A DNA stretch of 64,000 bases. It comes from an uncultured bacterium. Lineage in GTDB: Bacteria > Patescibacteriota > Doudnabacteria > UBA920. The position numbers and the translations under genes are program-made. Positions 62,034 to 64,000 of the stretch are shown one piece after another (the stretch's first letter is position 1; every line of letters starts with the position of its first letter). The stretch lies in assembly GCA_963749445.1 (NCBI GenBank), contig CAVVMJ010000010.1, positions 181,738 through 245,737 on the forward strand, read 5' to 3'. The notes below the pieces were generated by a model that was not told where the DNA came from, ran no database searches, and was given only the letters and a program-made list of their open reading frames with translations.

Positions 62034-62170
62034 GCCATCCCGGAATTTTTCAAGCTTGAGGATGTTTTCAGTCTTGAAAAATATCCGGGATCCAGATTTT
62101 TGCTTCTACTGGATCCCGGATATTTTTTACGGCTGCTGATATCCCAACGCGTAAAAAATTCCGGGATGAC
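62034..62170. repeat. CTGGATCCCGG...CCGGGATGAC palindrome family, inverted pair
   Basis: GCCATCCCGGAATTTTT..CCGGGATCCAG / CTGGATCCCGG..CCGGGATGAC. Confidence 0.85.
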
Positions 62171-62178
62171 AAAAAATT

Positions 62179-62703
62179 TTATTCAATCCAACCAAGAAAA
62201 CGAAAATTTGAGTAAGCGCTTCCGCTGAGCTTTAAGTTTAACTTTATCGCGCGGTTGTGGCCCTTAATGAACCAGCTGCTGTAATCTCCCCCGCCGCCGC
62301 CGAACAAAAAGTCGCCGCCGTTGCCGTTTCCCTGCGAAACGGTGTAGCCGTCGGACGACGTATTGGTTGGGTCCAAAGTATAGCTTTGCGCCTCGGCCAA
62401 AGTGGCTTCCCTGGCCTGATTGGCAGTAACATCATAAACAAAAAACTGCACTTGGCCGGTTTGCGACGTATTCGGATAATTATAATTTGCCGCTGGAGGG
62501 TTGTAAACCAAATGCCCGCCGCCAACCTGGTAGCCGCCGCTTCCGTAACCGTAATCGTAAACGTAAGTGCCGGTCATATACAAAAAATTGATTTTGGGTT
62601 TTTTGCCAATTCCGGGCAAATAAATCATGGCCGCCACGACCACTATCATAAGCACCGGCACGGCCAACGCGATATACAAAGGCAAGTTCTTTTTGTTGAG
62701 CAT
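62179..62703 (-). CDS. Hypothetical membrane-anchored protein
   Basis: N-terminal TM; DP...S.DGY, FLGWI. Confidence 0.7.
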   Translation of the reverse strand: MLNKKNLPLYIALAVPVLMIVVVAAMIYLPGIGKKPKINFLYMTGTYVYDYGYGSGGYQVGGGHLVYNPPAANYNYPNTSQTGQVQFFVYDVTANQAREATLAEAQSYTLDPTNTSSDGYTVSQGNGNGGDFLFGGGGGDYSSWFIKGHNRAIKLNLKLSGSAYSNFRFLGWIE

Positions 62704-62850
62704 ATGTATGGGTTAAATTCTTCCCCCAAATTATAGCACTTTTCTGGCAAATAGGGTATGATACTAAAAGTTTCTACTAAATACGAAAAAATCGAAATGT
62801 GAAAACTGACAGCTTTAGTATTTAGTTCTTTTCGTATTTCGTAGAAGTTT

Positions 62851-63538
62851 ATGCAAGAAAGAGTCCAAAAATTCATCAGCAGCGCCGGGGTGGCCAGCCG
62901 CAGAAAGGCCGAAGAATTCATTAAATCCGGCCAAGTTTTGATTAATGGTAAAAAGGCCAAACTCGGGGACAAAATTGACCCTTTGACCGACGTGGTTAAA
63001 GTTTACGGCAAACTCATTAAGCCGGCCGAGAAAAAAATTTATTTGATAATAAACAAACCCAAAGGCATGGTAGTGAGCAAATCGGATCCGCGGCACAGAA
63101 AGACAGTATTTGATTTATTGCCCGATGATATTCGCGGCAAAGTCTGGAACGTGGGCCGTTTGGATTACGACACCGAAGGGCTTTTGATTATGACCAACGA
63201 CGGCGACCTGACCCAGGCCCTGGCGCACCCGAGTTTTGAGCACGACAAGGAATACGAGGTTGCCACGCAGGAAAATCCTGATGAGAGCCAGTTGGACAAA
63301 TTACGGGAAGGGCGTGGACATTGCCACGGGCACCACGTATCCGGCCAAAGTCAAAACCAAAGGCGGCAAAGTTTACATTATTATCCATGAGGGGAAAAAA
63401 CGCCAAATCCGCCGGATGTTTGAAGCCGTGGGCCTCACGGTTATCAACTTAAAACGCATCCGGATAAACAAGCTCCATCTGCCTGCCGATCTGCCACAGG
63501 GCCAGTATAGACAAATTTCCAAAGACGACATCTTATAA
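62851..63538 (+). CDS. RsuA/RluB-family rRNA pseudouridine synthase (one frameshift near 63312)
   Basis: S4 domain GVASRRKAE, NKPKG, VGRLDYDTEGLL, EGKKRQIRRM. Confidence 0.93.
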
Positions 63539-63834
63539 CTTGTCTAACATCATTTCCGGCCGGAAATGATGTTAGACTAAAAATCCAAAAAACTGAACGC
63601 TTTATAACCATTTTGCGTGGCCGGGCAAAATCGCTAAAAAATAAAACCGCGATTGCGGTTTGGAAGTAATTTTTTTACGTTTTTGTATACATTTGTATAT
63701 AAAAACGTAATTTTTTTATTTTTCCCAGTCTCTGATTGATTAAAATTCCGCCGCGATGGCAGGCAACGATTGTGGTTTGGAAATAAATCTACATACAAAA
63801 ATGCCTGTTGCAAACACAACAAACATTTTTGTAA

Positions 63835-63999
63835 TTATAATGCTACTTTAATATCTTCCGATATATGTTCTTCTAAAAACTCTCCGACGGTTGTGACAAC
63901 TTTTTTCTCATAGGTATAAGTTTTGGCATATTCCTGAATGTCAAACGGCCCTTTGTGTTTGTCCCAAAACTTTCCATTATCTTTTACATTTACCATGCG
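63835..63999 (-). CDS. C-terminal fragment of an unidentified protein (enters from window edge)
   Basis: Open frame ...GPFDIQEYAKTY...ISEDIKVAL*. Confidence 0.45.
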   Translation of the reverse strand, partial: RMVNVKDNGKFWDKHKGPFDIQEYAKTYTYEKKVVTTVGEFLEEHISEDIKVAL

Positions 64000-64000
64000 C

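Overview
This is a core-genome window from what looks like a Patescibacteria (CPR) bacterium. That call is inferred from protein divergence, the single-chain GlyRS, tRNA-Arg(GCG) and the many small orphan genes. It holds the str/S10/spc ribosomal cluster (rpsL-rpsG-fusA ... tuf-rpsJ ... rplE), purH, parB, glyA, leuS, tatD, metG, nfo, hicBA, glyQS, tgt, pnp, rpsO, a Xer recombinase and four intact tRNAs, mostly on the minus strand. Many essential genes are split by small indels, most likely assembly errors. The standout signal is a dense set of small palindromic elements. (1) All three DUF559 (Vsr-like) endonuclease genes are bracketed by inverted copies of a ~60-bp double-hairpin element. About 28 units of this family occur in the window, as gene-less pairs and inside the reading frames of rpsG, purH, leuS, tatD, metG, nfo, tgt and a DUF3048 gene. 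This suggests a REP-like mobile system served by DUF559 rather than a RAYT. (2) A second 47-48 bp element is nested inside these with a target / unit / inverted-target / inverted-unit / target geometry. (3) An intact, mature-length tRNA-Arg(TCT) flanked by 5-bp direct repeats sits inside the D-loop of a degenerate copy of the same tRNA. LeuS also carries an inserted alpha/beta-hydrolase domain. All coordinates were counted by eye and may be off by a few bases.
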